Shown piece after piece: positions 1-12,024 of a DNA stretch of 64,000 nt; within the stretch, counting starts at the first letter, position 1; each line of letters opens with the position of its first letter. Source of the DNA: Takakia lepidozioides (Eukaryota > Plantae > Bryophyta). The notes beneath the pieces were generated by a model that was given only the letters and a program-made list of their open reading frames with translations, was not told the origin of the DNA and made no database searches. The stretch lies in the NCBI GenBank assembly GCA_030704615.1, contig CM060734.1:19158001-19222000 (forward strand), read 5' to 3'. The position numbers and the translations under genes were made by a program.

Positions 1-40
1 GATCAGTTATAATGTGAAGCCGGAAGGGTGAGAAACAGTC

Positions 41-1786
41 ATGGACTTTGATGATTCTATGCCAGTAATCCAATTGAGAATTGGAAGCACAGAACTAACT
101 GATGTACTGATAGATGGAGGCTCTAGAGTGAATATCATGACAGACCAATTAAGGCAGAAGCTTGGTCTAAGTAACATGAAACCAGCCCCATTTACAGTAA
201 CAATGGCAGATCAAAGAAGTGTACAGCCATTGGGATTGATAAGAGGAGTTAAGATACAGATTCAAAAGATGATCTTTATGATCACAGTAACTATGTTGAA
301 AATGGATGAAGTCATGGAAGCTTACTCCTTATTGTTGGGACGACCGTGGCTGAAACAGGCCAGGGTATTCCATGACTGGAATTCCCAGTTACTAACTGTG
401 CATGATGGGATGCACAAGATCCAAATCACCACTAAGAAATCTAGTAGACTACCTGCTACGAGAAGACCTCGAGGGGTCAGGGAGTATGACTGGAGGGGAG
501 GACTTAATGAGGAGCAGAAAGCCACCCTGTTTGCTGCACACCCATAGTGGGAGCAGGTTGCAGAGATGCAACTGGAAGGCCTAAGTTGTTTAAAAGGTAT
601 CTGTTGTGGTGTAGTGACAGCAACACCAATTGAAGGTGAAACAAACAGTTACCCACCACATTTCTATGAAGAAAGAGAGGGAAAAATGGAAATCCTAGAG
701 AAACCAGCCACTGTGAGTTTACAGGATGAAGTGGTGACTGGATGGACAATCACAGCTGATGAACAGGTGAGAGAAGTGAATGTGGGAATTGAAGGGGAAC
801 CGAGGATGGTGAAGGTAGGGGCTGATTTGGAGCCAGAATTCTTTGAGGAAGCTAAAAGTATGTTCATCAAATACAGAGATGTATTTGCTTGGAGCTACGA
901 GGATCTGAAAGGGATACCACCTGAGATCTGTCAGCATAAGATTGAACTGGAACCAGGGTCAATACCAATTAAACATGCAAGGTACAGAATGAATCCCAAC
1001 TATGCACAGAAAGTTGGAGAAGAGATCAAGAAGTTGGCTGAGGCTAAGTTTATATACCCGATAGAGTATACAACTTGGTTGTCACCCATTGTGATAGTTC
1101 CCAAGAAGAATGGTAAACTGAGAGTTTGTGTGAACTATAAGAAGTTGAATGCTTGTACGAAGAAAGATCCTTTCCCTTTGCCATTCACAGAAGCGGTATT
1201 GGACACTGTGGCAGGCCATGAGATGTACTCATTCATGGATGGCTTCAGTGGTTATAATCAAGTGCAAGTGGCAGAAGAATACCAGGGAAAGACAGCTTTC
1301 ATCACAGACTGGGGTGCTTATGCATACAAAGTCATGCCTTTTGGACTTTGTAATGCACCAGCAACCTTTCAGAGAGTGATAAGTGAATCTTTTCATGAGT
1401 ATCTGGATGATTTCATGCAGGTGTTCTTGGATGATTTCAGTGTGTACAGCTCTAAGAATGAGCACTTGCATAAATTGGAGTTATGTTTGGCCAGATGCAG
1501 GATGAGAGGTCTGGGCCTGAATCCAGAGAAGTGTACTTCCTGTGTGAACTCAGGGGTGCGTTTGGGTCACATTGTGTGTAAGAGGGGACTTCTTGTGGAT
1601 CCCACAAAGACAACGGCCATTAAAGCCTCTCCACCACCAGTAAATGTTAAGAGTTTAAGAAGATTCCTTGGACAAACCAGTTATTACAGAAGATTTGTCA
1701 GACGGTATGCACAGATAGCAGCACCATTGAGCAAGCTTCTGAAGAAAGATGCAGTGTTTGCATGGACAGCTGAATGTCAACAGGCT
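41..1786 (+). mobile_element. Ty3/Gypsy LTR retrotransposon pol fragment (aspartic protease + reverse transcriptase), truncated before RNase H
   Basis: Protease motif VLIDGGS...LLLGRPWL. RT motifs FMDGFSGYNQ, MPFGLCNAPATFQR, VFLDDF. One in-frame TAG at 545-547 separates ORFs 41..547 and 566..1807, which share a frame. Similarity to the copy at 62069-64000 stops abruptly after AECQQA (~1786). Confidence 0.95.
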
Positions 1787-1792
1787 TATTCC

Positions 1793-2118
1793 TTAACATT
1801 GGAATGAAGCTGACCCTTTTGCCGCGATTGAACCAATGGAGTCTGCACCACTTTCCTCAGCTGAATCCAAGACAAATCTACGAGCCTGACGGGCTCTAAT
1901 AGCTGTTGCCTCCTCCCTCATCTTCATTTTCTTGAGGCTTGCCTCGTCTAAAATCTGCTGTACACGACTAGGTTCGGAACACCTCCTAATGGACACTGAA
2001 GCAAGCCGGGCAACATAAGTAGGAAGGATGCAGTCCCTTTCTGGACTAGGCATGAAATCCCCCCTGGCAAAAAAATGCACGTTCCTCCTGCCCATGAACT
2101 GCGGTGTAGACGTCCCTC
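1793..2118 (-). pseudogene. Orphan terminal exon of a ParB-methyltransferase-like gene (copy A remnant)
   Basis: SPERDCILPTYVARLA...RRFVLDSAEES aligns by eye with the last exons of the other two copies (SPLSSFYLPSYAESQA...EAFMDVYASES at ~37270-37450; SPLSNFLLPDYAEAMA...LKYLDLETE at ~17565-17410). Preceded by a GTAAGT...CTGTAG intron (2233-2119). Confidence 0.55.
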
Positions 2119-2264
2119 CTACAGTAAGAACAAATCCACTTGAAGAATGTCAATACCAGCAGAAGCAGAAACGGTCTTTCAATGAAATAAAAGAGCGAGG
2201 GGAGGTGCCTCACAAAATCAGGAGGCAACTTACAATGCGACCACTCACTTGTAAACCATTTTCG

Positions 2265-3680
2265 TCACCATTTTCCTAGGTTGGGCCCGAAAATGGCTAA
2301 GTCCCAGAACTGACTGGGCGTGGAACTAGAAAAATGGCGCCGAATTTCCGGTTGCGGTTCCAGCCACCCTAGGGACTTAGCCATTTTCGGGGCCCTGAAC
2401 TGGAAAAATGGCGCCATTTTTCCATTTTGGGGCTGAAAATGGCTAAGTCCTAGATCTGACTGGGCCCGGAATTGGAAAAATGGCGCCGAATTTCCGATTT
2501 TGCTGCCAGCCACCCTAGGGACTTAGCCATTTTCGGCATTTTTCTAGTTCGGGGCCAAAAATGGCTAAGTCCCAAATCTGACAGGGCGCGGAACTAGAAA
2601 AATGGCGCCGAATTTCCGGTTGCGGTTCCAGCCACCCTAGGGACTTAGCCATTTTCGGCCCCGAACTGGAAAAATGGCGCCATTTTTCCAGTTCGGGCCC
2701 AAAAATGGCAAAGTCCCAGATCTGACAGGGCGTGGAACTGGAAAAATGGCGCCGAATTTCCGGTTGCGGGTCCAGCCACCCTAGGGACTTAGCCATTTTC
2801 GGGGCCTTGAACTGGAAAAAAGGCGCCATTTTTCCATTTCGGGGCCGAAAATGGCTAAGTCCCAGATCTGACTGGGCCCGGAACTGGAAAAATGGCGCCG
2901 AATTTCCGATTTTTGGTGCCAATCAGATCTGGGACTTAGCCATTTTCGGCCCCGAACAGGAAAAATGGCGTTTTTTTTTTTTTTTTTCCCGGTGCCATTT
3001 TTCCAGTTCGGGGCCGAAAATGGCTAAGTCCCAGATCTGACTGGGCCCGGAACTGGAAAAATGGCACCGAATTTCCGATTTTGGTGCCAGCCACCCTAGG
3101 GACTTAGCCATTTTCGGCCCCGAACTGGAAAAATGGTAAGTCCCAGATCTGATAGGGCGCGGAACTGGAAAAATGGTGCCGAATTTCCAGTTGCGGTTCC
3201 AGCCATCGTAGGGATTTAGCAATTTTCGGGGCCCTGAACTGGAAAAATGGCGCCATTTTTCCATTTCGGGGCCGAAAATGGCTAAGTCCCAGATCTAACT
3301 GGGCCCAGAACTGGAAAAATGGCGCCGAATTTCCGATTTTGGGTGCCAGTCAGATCTGGGACTTAGCCGTTTTCGGGCCTGAACTGGAAAAATGGCGTTT
3401 TTTTCTTTTGTTTTTTTTTTCGGCGCCATTTTTCCAGTTCGGGGCCGAAAATGGCTAAGTCCCAGATCTGACTAGGCCCAGAACTGGAAAAATGGCGCCG
3501 AATTTCCGATTTTGGTGCCAGTCATATCTGGGACTTAGCCGTTTTCGGCCCCGAACTGGAAAAATGGCGTTTTTTTTTTTTCTTTTTTCTTTTTGGCGCC
3601 ATTTTTTCAGTTCGGGGCCGAAAATGGCTAAGTCCCAGATCTGACTGGCACCAAAATCGGAAATTCGGCGCCATTTTTCC
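2265..3680. repeat. Complex tandem/inverted repeat array (core GAAAAATGGCGCC; GGCTAAGTCCCAGATCTG)
   Basis: Recurrent units ggccgaaaatggctaagtcccagatctgactgggcccggaactggaaaaatggcgccgaatttccg, present in both orientations. Confidence 0.95.
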
Positions 3681-4740
3681 AGTCATGCAGGTAATTCGAA
3701 GAGCGAATGGATGGAAATCCGGCGCCGGATTTCCATCCGCCAGGTAAGTCGGCACGCAAAATTTCCGTCATGCAGGTAATTCGAAGAGCGGATGGATGGA
3801 AATACGGCGCCGAATTTCCATCCTCCAGGTAAGTCGGCGCTGCAAATTTCTGTCATGCAGGTTACTTGTGAGCGGATGGATGGAAATCCGGCGCATGATT
3901 TCCATCCGCCAGGTACAAAATCTCCGTCATGCAGGTAATTCGGAGCGCGGATGGATGGAAATCCGGCGATGGATTTCCATCCTCCAGATAAGTCGGCGCG
4001 CAAAATTTCCGTCATGCAGGTAAATCGAAGAGCGGATGGATGGAAATCCGGCGCCGGATTTCCATCCGCCAACTAAGTCGGCGTGCAAAATTTCCATCAT
4101 GCAGGTAATTCGAAGAGCGGATGGATGGAAATCCGGCGCTGGATTTCCATCCGTCAGGTAGGTCGGCGCGCAAAATTTCCATCATGCAGGTAATTCGGAA
4201 CGCGGATGGATGGAAATCCGGCGCCGGATTTCCATCCTCCAGGTAAGTCGGCGCTGCAAATTCGGTAGGGCGGCGCGCCAAATTTCCCTCACGCAGGTAA
4301 TTCGGAAGCGGATGGATGGAAATCCGGCGCCGGATTTTCCATCCGCGCAGGTAGGGCGGCGCGCCAAATTTCCCTCACGCAGGTAATTCGGAGGCGGATG
4401 GATGGAAATCCGGCGCCGGATTTCCATCTGCAAGGTTGGTCGGAGAGCGGATGGATGGAGATCCGGCGCCGAATTTCCATCCTGCAGGTAATTCGAATCC
4501 CGGATGGGTGGAGATCCGGCGCCGAATATCCATCCTGCAGGTAAGTCGAATCCCGGATGGGTGGAGATCCGGCGCCGAATTTCCATCCTGCAGGTAACTC
4601 GAATTCCGGATGGATGGAAATCCAGCACCGAATTTCCATCCTGCAGGTAAGTCGGATCGCTGGCGTATGGATATTCGGCGCCGAATTTCCATTTGCCAGG
4701 TATTTCGAAGCGCTGAATTACCTTCCTGCAGGTAATTCTG
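3681..4740. repeat. ~60-bp tandem array built on the 30-bp palindrome GGATGGAAATCCGGCGCCGGATTTCCATCC
   Basis: Perfect palindrome at 3709-3738 and many variants, alternating with GCAGGTAA motifs. Confidence 0.95.
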
Positions 4741-4859
4741 AGCGTGTCCGATTGATTTTTCGGAGAAAAACAAACCTAATTGTTTGTTTTGTGGCTGAAG
4801 TGCACTTGTAGACACGTTTTTCTTGGAATCCTTGACTGCTAGAGGCAAATCGGAACAAC

Positions 4860-5960
4860 CTCGAACGGAAATTCGGCGCCGTTTTTCCATTCTGGGAGGT
4901 TTTTACGACTTCCTTTGAGGGGGCCCCGATGGAAATTCGGCGCCGAATTTCCATCCGGGGGATGGTCTCTGTTGGAGAGGTGTCGGCCTCTCCGCCGCTC
5001 TGTTGGATATTCGGTGCCGAATTTCCGTCCGGGGGTTGAAATATGACGGCCAGGTTCCGGCCTCTCCCCCGTCCCCGACTGCATTGGAACGGCCCCGGAT
5101 GGAAATTCGGCGCCGTTTTTCCATCTGGGGAGGTTTTTATGTCGGCCAGTTTTCGGCCTGACCCCCCGACACAACTTCCTTTGGGGGGGCCCGGATGGAA
5201 ATTCGGCGCCGAATCTCCATATAGGGGATGCTCTTTGTCAAACACGTGCCGGCCTCTACGCCCGAGGCGACTTTATCCGGGCGTCCCCTGTTGGATATTC
5301 AGTGCCGAATTTCCGTCCGGGGGTTGAAATGTGACGGCCAGGTGTCGGCCTCTCCCCCCTCCCCGACTGCATCCGAACTGCCCCGGATGGAAATTCGGCG
5401 CCGTTTTTCCATCTGGGGATGTTTTTATGCCGACCAGTTTTCGATCTGACCCCCCGACACGACTTCCTTTGGGGGGGCCCGGATGGAAATTCGGCGCCGA
5501 ATGTCCATCCAGGGGATATTCTCTGTCGCACACGCGCCGGCCTCTGCGCCTGAGGCGACTTCATCCGGGCTTCCCCTATTGTATATTCGGTGCCGAATTT
5601 CCGTCCGGGGGTTGTAATGTGAGGGCCAGATGGCGGCCTTTCCCCCGAGCCGACTGCATCCGAAAGGCCTCGGATAGAAATTCGGCGCCGTTTTTCCATC
5701 CGCGGAGGTTTTTAGGTCGGCCAGTTTTCGGCCTGACCCCCCGATAGGACTTCCTTTGGGTGGATCCGAATGGAAATTCGGCGCTGAATTTCCATCCGGG
5801 GGATGTCTTCTGTCGGACAGGTGCCGGCATCTCTGCCCCAGACGACTTCATCCGTGCGGCCCCTGTTGGGTATTGGGTGCCGAATTTCCATTCGGGGGTA
5901 GTAATGTGACGGCACGGTGCCGGCTTCTCCCCTTCAGCCGACATCATCCGGACGGCCCCC
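4860..5960. repeat. About four ~290-bp tandem units, each with several GGAAATTCGGCGCC motifs
   Basis: gaaattcggcgccgtttttccat recurs near 4868, 5101, 5390 and 5678 with homologous spacers. Confidence 0.9.
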
Positions 5961-6195
5961 CACTTTCTGACTGCATACCGTTGGCAGTTATTGCGCAAAG
6001 ACCAGGGGCCGCATTCCGGAGACAAGGTTCATTAACACTCTGACTCTGGATTTTTGAGATAGTTGGCTCCCTGGATTTGGATCAGGCTTCGTCGCTCGGA
6101 AAATCGGCACCGCATTCCTTCCCATCGCTGCATCCCCCTTCTACCAGGGAGCTTCCCCGCACGCCATCCTGGCAGTCTTGTGTGCACATCTCCCA

Positions 6196-8420
6196 TGGCG
6201 GAAAACCCGAGCGCTACAGTGTACTGCCCTCCTCACGAGCATAGAGCTTCATTTCCGTGCAGAGGGGACATCTGCCGGGTGATGGAGAAATATCTGTGCG
6301 TTCGATACCACCTGAAACCGGGGTCGGTTTTTTTGAGGAGGAAAGGAAGGACTCAAACGGCGTTGTTGTCGAGAGTATTGTTGTGCTCCACGATGATTTC
6401 GGCGATGGCAGGGAATGGCGAGTTCCACCATCGGACAACATCATATACAGGGCTGTTGGGGACTTCATTTGCCCGCCAAATGCACCTTTTATCATGGCGC
6501 CTTCCACGAAACAATCCGCGAATCAGAGAGTGGCTACCTCAAAGAGAGAAGTCTGCAACGAAGTAAATCCAGAGCCGAACCCATCCATGAAGACGAGCGA
6601 GAACCGGGTTGTTCACAACCTGTCCGACTCAGACGAGGTCATGGAAGTTCTGAGGTCGTCCTGGAGATCAGGCAAGTCCTCAATGGACGTCAGTGGAGGA
6701 GGGAGTCATATTCCCAGCACGAGCACCGCAGTTCGATCTATTCTTGAAATTCTGCGAGGGCTTCACCTGGAGGGACACCGGTCGGAGCTGGCCGGGCTGG
6801 ACTACAGCAAGTTCGCAATTAAATCGGTTACATGCCTTCCCGCCGACGTCGACGGTAATATCTTCTTTGAGTTCCCTCCTCGGGCGGACTACTCGAGGGC
6901 GTCCGGAATGTTGACAGATATGGATAGAAAACATGACGGTCATCCTTGGTGCGTTACTAAAACCACCAGCATGAAGATGCTCGATGGTGTGTGGGTGCGC
7001 TACGTTGTTTGTGCGGGCGCGTTGCGGTGTTTCTCCCCAACTTGCTTCCACTTTAAATGCAGAGGTCACAGGAACGAGACCGATTGGACAGGCACAGCTC
7101 ATCAACCATTTTGAGCTCAGGAGAAGGTTCCGAACTCCACATTTAAGTGTGCGCATTGCAAAGAACCACCACACTGCATGTCTGTTTGTAATGCCATGCA
7201 GTTCTATGTGTTGCACCGTTTCCCTGACCTCACCCGAGCTTGCATACACGTTGGTTCCCATTGTCACAAATTGGCGAGGGGGAACTCGCGGGAGGCTGCC
7301 CACGAAGCAGAGCAGCTCGTTCAGGAGGAGGTTAAGTTGAGACCGGGTGCCAAACCCAAACAGATACAGCTCCAAGCCGCCCATAAGATGGCATTGGCCA
7401 GAATTATGTCGGAAGACGGCTCCGATAGAGTTCCTCTCGATGAGAAGGAAATGGAGGCATTGCTGGAGTCGGTGTCCCATGTATGTTCACCGAATGTCCG
7501 AAACCACATTGTCTCATGCAAACAGAAAATTGGGCGTGGCTCGGATATGCACTCCATTCTGGAGGTGAAGCGACGATGTGGATATGACTACATTCATGGA
7601 AGTAGGTTTCCAGGACAAGGGACTGAGGCAGATCGTTGTTTCGTATTCAAAATGTCCACGTGTGGACCTGGCAGCGGCGTCGAACTGGTCGATAGGATGA
7701 CGAGTGGGGACTTGTCAAACAATTGGGTCATGTTCGACCATATCAAGCGAATTACAAATCACCAGTGGGTGACAATGGGTGCACATGTCTACGACACCCA
7801 CTGCAAGATGCTAATGACAATTGCTATTTGTGAGATGAAAGGAGAGGACACACAATCGGAGATGCTTCTTTGGCAGGGAATAAACGAACAGATGGCCAAG
7901 GCGGGATTGCCCCCTCCCAATTTCTGTGGTTTCATGGCGGACAACGCACAAGCAAATTGGGCTGCCATCCGAAGGGTGTACGGGCAAGACCCCAATGTTC
8001 CCATGGAAGGCAAGGAGAGATCTTGTGGGTTCCATTTTTTGCAGAGCCTTTCGCAGTACACAACCAGGCTCGTGGCACCAGATTTCAGAGAGGAGCACCG
8101 TTCCATGTGCCTTGCGTGGAAGCGCGCTCCCACCTTGGATGATGCAGAGACACAGTTTGCATGTATACGGGCTTGGTGGACATCGTCAGGTGCTGTAAGG
8201 AAATCAGACGAGGGAGCAATGGTCAGTTGGCTAGCATGGTGGCATTATCGTTTCCTCCAGTTCGGCAACTATATGCGGGAGGTGAGTTGCACGAATTCGC
8301 GTCCCATTGAATATTATTCTTGGCCATATTTGTAACTTGCTTGTAACCTCAACATGTGCTTGTGCAGGAAATGTGTCTCGACTCTGACACCGACATGCCC
8401 ACGACAAACATGGCCGAAAA
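6196..8420 (+). pseudogene. Mutator-like (MULE) DDE transposase with GCM-like zinc domain, copy A, 3'-truncated
   Basis: ATG 6196, frameshift in T-run ~6330, in-frame TGA 7112. Zinc domain DGHPWC...CAGALRC...C-x2-C...HVGSHCH. Catalytic core MFDHIK, MADNAQ, CGFH. Intron 8282-8367, then MPTTNMAEN (catalytic E), where it is cut. Confidence 0.88.
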
Positions 8421-8745
8421 CTGGCTAAGTCCCAACATGCACTGGTACCGTGTCTGGAAAAATGGCGCCGAATTTCTCTTTTTTGGGCCGAAAACTGGCT
8501 AAGTCCCAACATGCACTGGTACAGTGTCTGGAAAAATGGCGCCGAATTTCCCTATTTTGCGCCGAAAACTGGCTAAGTCCGAACATGCACTGGAAAAATG
8601 GCGCCGAATTACCTGTCATGAGGGGACCTATAGTCGCGGAATTCGGCACCATTTTTTCGCCAGAGAGACCTATTACCGCGAAATACGTCGCCGTTTTTTC
8701 AGGTTACGGACCCTATTACCGCGAAATTCGGCGCCATATTTGCAC
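8410..8745. repeat. Repeat array related to 2265-3680, on the far side of transposase A
   Basis: ggccgaaaactggctaagtcc...ggaaaaatggcgccgaatt three times, plus aattcggcgcc variants. Confidence 0.9.
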
Positions 8746-9262
8746 ATGTCGCTGGGAATTGGCATGAGCGGAAGACGAAATATCATGAGCACAACTGTCA
8801 AAACTACAATTTTCCCTTCAAGGGGCCGAATAATATATTTATTTTTCCTGACACATTGCATTAAATTAATGTTTTTTATTGTTTTTTATTGTTTTTTATT
8901 TTCGAAATTTGTACTTCTGCTCATGAAAACCGATTGTCTTACTACTCCGCTCATGCCGCTCATGCTCATGAAATAGCTAACCTCAGGGTAACGGAACCCT
9001 TTCCGAGTACAAAAAAGAGGGACCTATGCCACATGTGCTGTCCTACTGGACATTCCAGGTGGGAGAATGTCCACGGAGGGGGGTGGAATTAAGAAGTTAC
9101 CTAAGCAGGCCACAGCCAATCAGGAGTGCGAATTACATGCAGGTGGTTCCCTCCAAGAAACAAGAACAAGAAATAGGAAGTGTTATAAGCGGAAGAGTCG
9201 GGGTGGCTCCGAATAGCCAGTGTCTCGACGGAAGGGGCAATCAAAGCACTAGCTTTGTAGCT

Positions 9263-12000
9263 ATGGCAGATGTAACGGATTACACACTCGCTTTACTTCT
9301 CACGCAGTGGCGCAAGGACGGACGAATTGAGAGTACATTTTCTCTCACTTGATACTTGCAAGCCCCACAGGCTTACACGCACTTACCTGTTCCATTTTGT
9401 GCCAACCATACCTTCATGCTCTGTGCCCTGCAAGCTTTCCTTCAGCTGTTTCAAACAAAGCCTTTTTGTTTGTCTAGAATGAAGAGAGTGAGGGGAATGG
9501 AGGATATGAGGGTGAAGAGCACCACGATTCTGCAGAAGCAAACAATTGGAGCACCGCAGGCAGTGCAGCTGCTAAGGGAGTTGCGATTGGAGGGGCTGCT
9601 ACGCAAGGACTGGTCCTTGCATCATTGGCAGTATATGATTCAATTCCTTCAGAACTTTGAGCCTCGGACGGGAGTTACCCAGGTGAGGGGAGTAGATATA
9701 GAAATTACTCCTCAGTACCTGCAGCAATTGTTTGATTTGCCATCAGGTCATGTGGATGTGGATGAGCACAGGGCAAGATTGCAGATAGGGAATTTATTCC
9801 AAGAAGGGAGTTTCTTTAAGACTCAAGGTTACGCTTGTACCAAAGCCAATTACCCAAGGCTCAGAGAAGTTGGCCAAATATTGAACGTTCTGTTTGCCAT
9901 GAAACAGAACCAACAGTATTTGAGCAGCTCATTCACAGAGGAGATCCTGAAAGCTTTGAGAGGAGAGGATGTAGCTTGGGCGGAGTTAATGTACAATGGT
10001 CTGGTGGATGAGATGAAAAGGTTACAGGGCACTGCTGCTAAGTCTCCGATCATTGTGTCTGGTCCAGTCATTGCCCAAATCATTCTTGATTCTTGCATAC
10101 TTGATACTCGGGAACGTAAGGAGATGAGAGTGTTTGAGGTAGAAACCACTGCAATTGAGGAGCAGGGCTCTTCACATAGTGAGGGTGGACTGGCAGGGCA
10201 ACACCAGTCTAAAAGACAGAAGCGGGGTTTGACTGTAGTAGCGGATCCACTGGCTTCACGGAAACCGCAAGATGATGTTTCCCAAGCTCTTGTGCAGGAT
10301 GGGGCACAACAGCACAGAAGACTGTTATTATTGGAAGCACGCCCTTCGGAGAGAGAAGAGGAAGTCAATTTGATACCACAGCCACCATAGGCAGTTGACT
10401 CAGCTGTCTTAGAGGTTCCACAGTTAGAACATGCTGTGACACAACCCCCAATTGCTCTGGACGGAGAAAGGTTGGACATTCCCACTACAGAGCAGGTCGT
10501 GGCCGAAATTGAGAAGGGTGACCTTCTCTATGAAAACTCTGGCTTGGTAAGGGAATCAGTGGTTCCAGAGGTGCAGCGTTTGTCCAGGGAAAACCCTGCT
10601 GTGCATGTAATACCCACACCTGTGATAGAGGTACCAGGGGTAGAATATAAGGACACTACAACACCTCTAGAGGATGAGGTGGTTCAGGAAGAGAATCTGG
10701 TGGGGCAATGGCCTGAATGGTTGGTGAGGCATCACACTGTGGATGATCAGGGAGAACAGCAGCAAGTTCACCATGATGACCCCCAGCAGGCCATGCTTAT
10801 GAGTTCCATAAGCAGGACACTTAATTTGTTGGGCACTTATGTGAAATCCCATGTTCCATCTACCCAATTGGCAGCTTTGAGGGAGGAACTCAGAAAGGAG
10901 TTTGAGGCTCGAATTGCAACTGAGTGTGCTAACAAGGTAGATGAAGAGGTCAATCTCAAGTTATAGCAAGAGTTGGAGGACACAAAGGTTGCCTTGCATT
11001 TGGCCAAGGGACATTTGATTGAAGCAGGCCTCGAGCAGGACCAGTTGCATGAAACACATAAGCAACAGTTATACCAATTGCAGGTGAAGCATGAGGACAA
11101 GTTGCAAGAAATGAACGTACTACATACAGAGTTGGAGGCAGTACATGAGAAGATGACCATACAATGTGCTACACTCACAACTACTCTAGAGCAAACTGCA
11201 TTAGAAGTTAACAGACAAGGGGAGAGATGTATGAGGGCAGAAGCTGAAATAATAGAGCAAGCGAAACTCATTGTTGATATGAAGAATACAATCAGTCGTA
11301 ATGAGAATACTTTCAAACAATACAGACAGGTTGAGGCTGACCAGGAGAGGTTCATCCTGGAGTTGCAACAAACAGTCATGGTTAATAGAAATGAACTCTC
11401 TGTGGCTAACGAGGCTTGGAAGGAAGCCAATAATCTGGCTGCTGCCTATGCGGGCCTAGACATGACTTGGTGGATAACCACCTTATGCAGGTCTGGTTAG
11501 CACAAGGGCCGGTAGAAGGAAAAGCACCATGAAAGCTCACCCAGGGCGAGATGAATGAGCTCAGATTGCAGGTGCAGAACATTGCCACAATTACTATAGA
11601 CAATGTCTATAGTAGGATAGCGGAGCTACAGGAGGATGTGGAAGGCCTGCAGACTCAAGTGGATGACCTGAGTTCAAATATTGACAAGAGAGTCTTTGTT
11701 CCTGAGGAGTAGCTGATGGCTACTTATTTACATGCCAGGACTTTAATTTTTCAGTCTTCTTCGCAGGAGATGCCAGTGGTACCAATACCACAGCAGGTGG
11801 CTGTGCAGGTAGCTAACCCTGTTGTTACTACAGCCACACCACAGCCTGAGGTATGGGGGGATGCTACTTTTAACCCACCTAGGACTCATGCTGCACGGGA
11901 GTACAGTCGGGCTATGATTATGCCCTTCAACCAAATTCCCATTGTGCTGGATTTGGCTTGGAAGGAATTTAGTCCTCCGACTGCAACTGTGCAGGCTGTG
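9263..12000 (+). pseudogene. Gypsy-associated extra 3' ORF (plant transposon protein-like N-terminal region + long coiled coil), decayed
   Basis: N-terminus TDYTLALLLTQW...NHTFMLCALQAFLQ is highly similar to the ORF downstream of integrase at 60694-61032. FLQNF...VRGVDIEITPQYLQQLFDLP resembles plant transposon/Athila ORF1-type domains. In-frame stops at 9350, 10388 and 10964; frameshift ~11460. Confidence 0.75.
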
Positions 12001-12024
12001 CCGGTGCCAAACCATTGCCTCCCT

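Noticed and set aside
2265-5960. CRISPR-like arrays (also 48340-49300 and 52980-54530)
   Set aside because: Spacers are homologous to each other or low-complexity rather than unique, no cas genes are present, and the context is eukaryotic.
2265-6043. Many overlapping ORFs (MEIRRRISIH, WKFGAEFPS and similar)
   Set aside because: They are translations of the palindromic repeats in all six frames and are not credible proteins.
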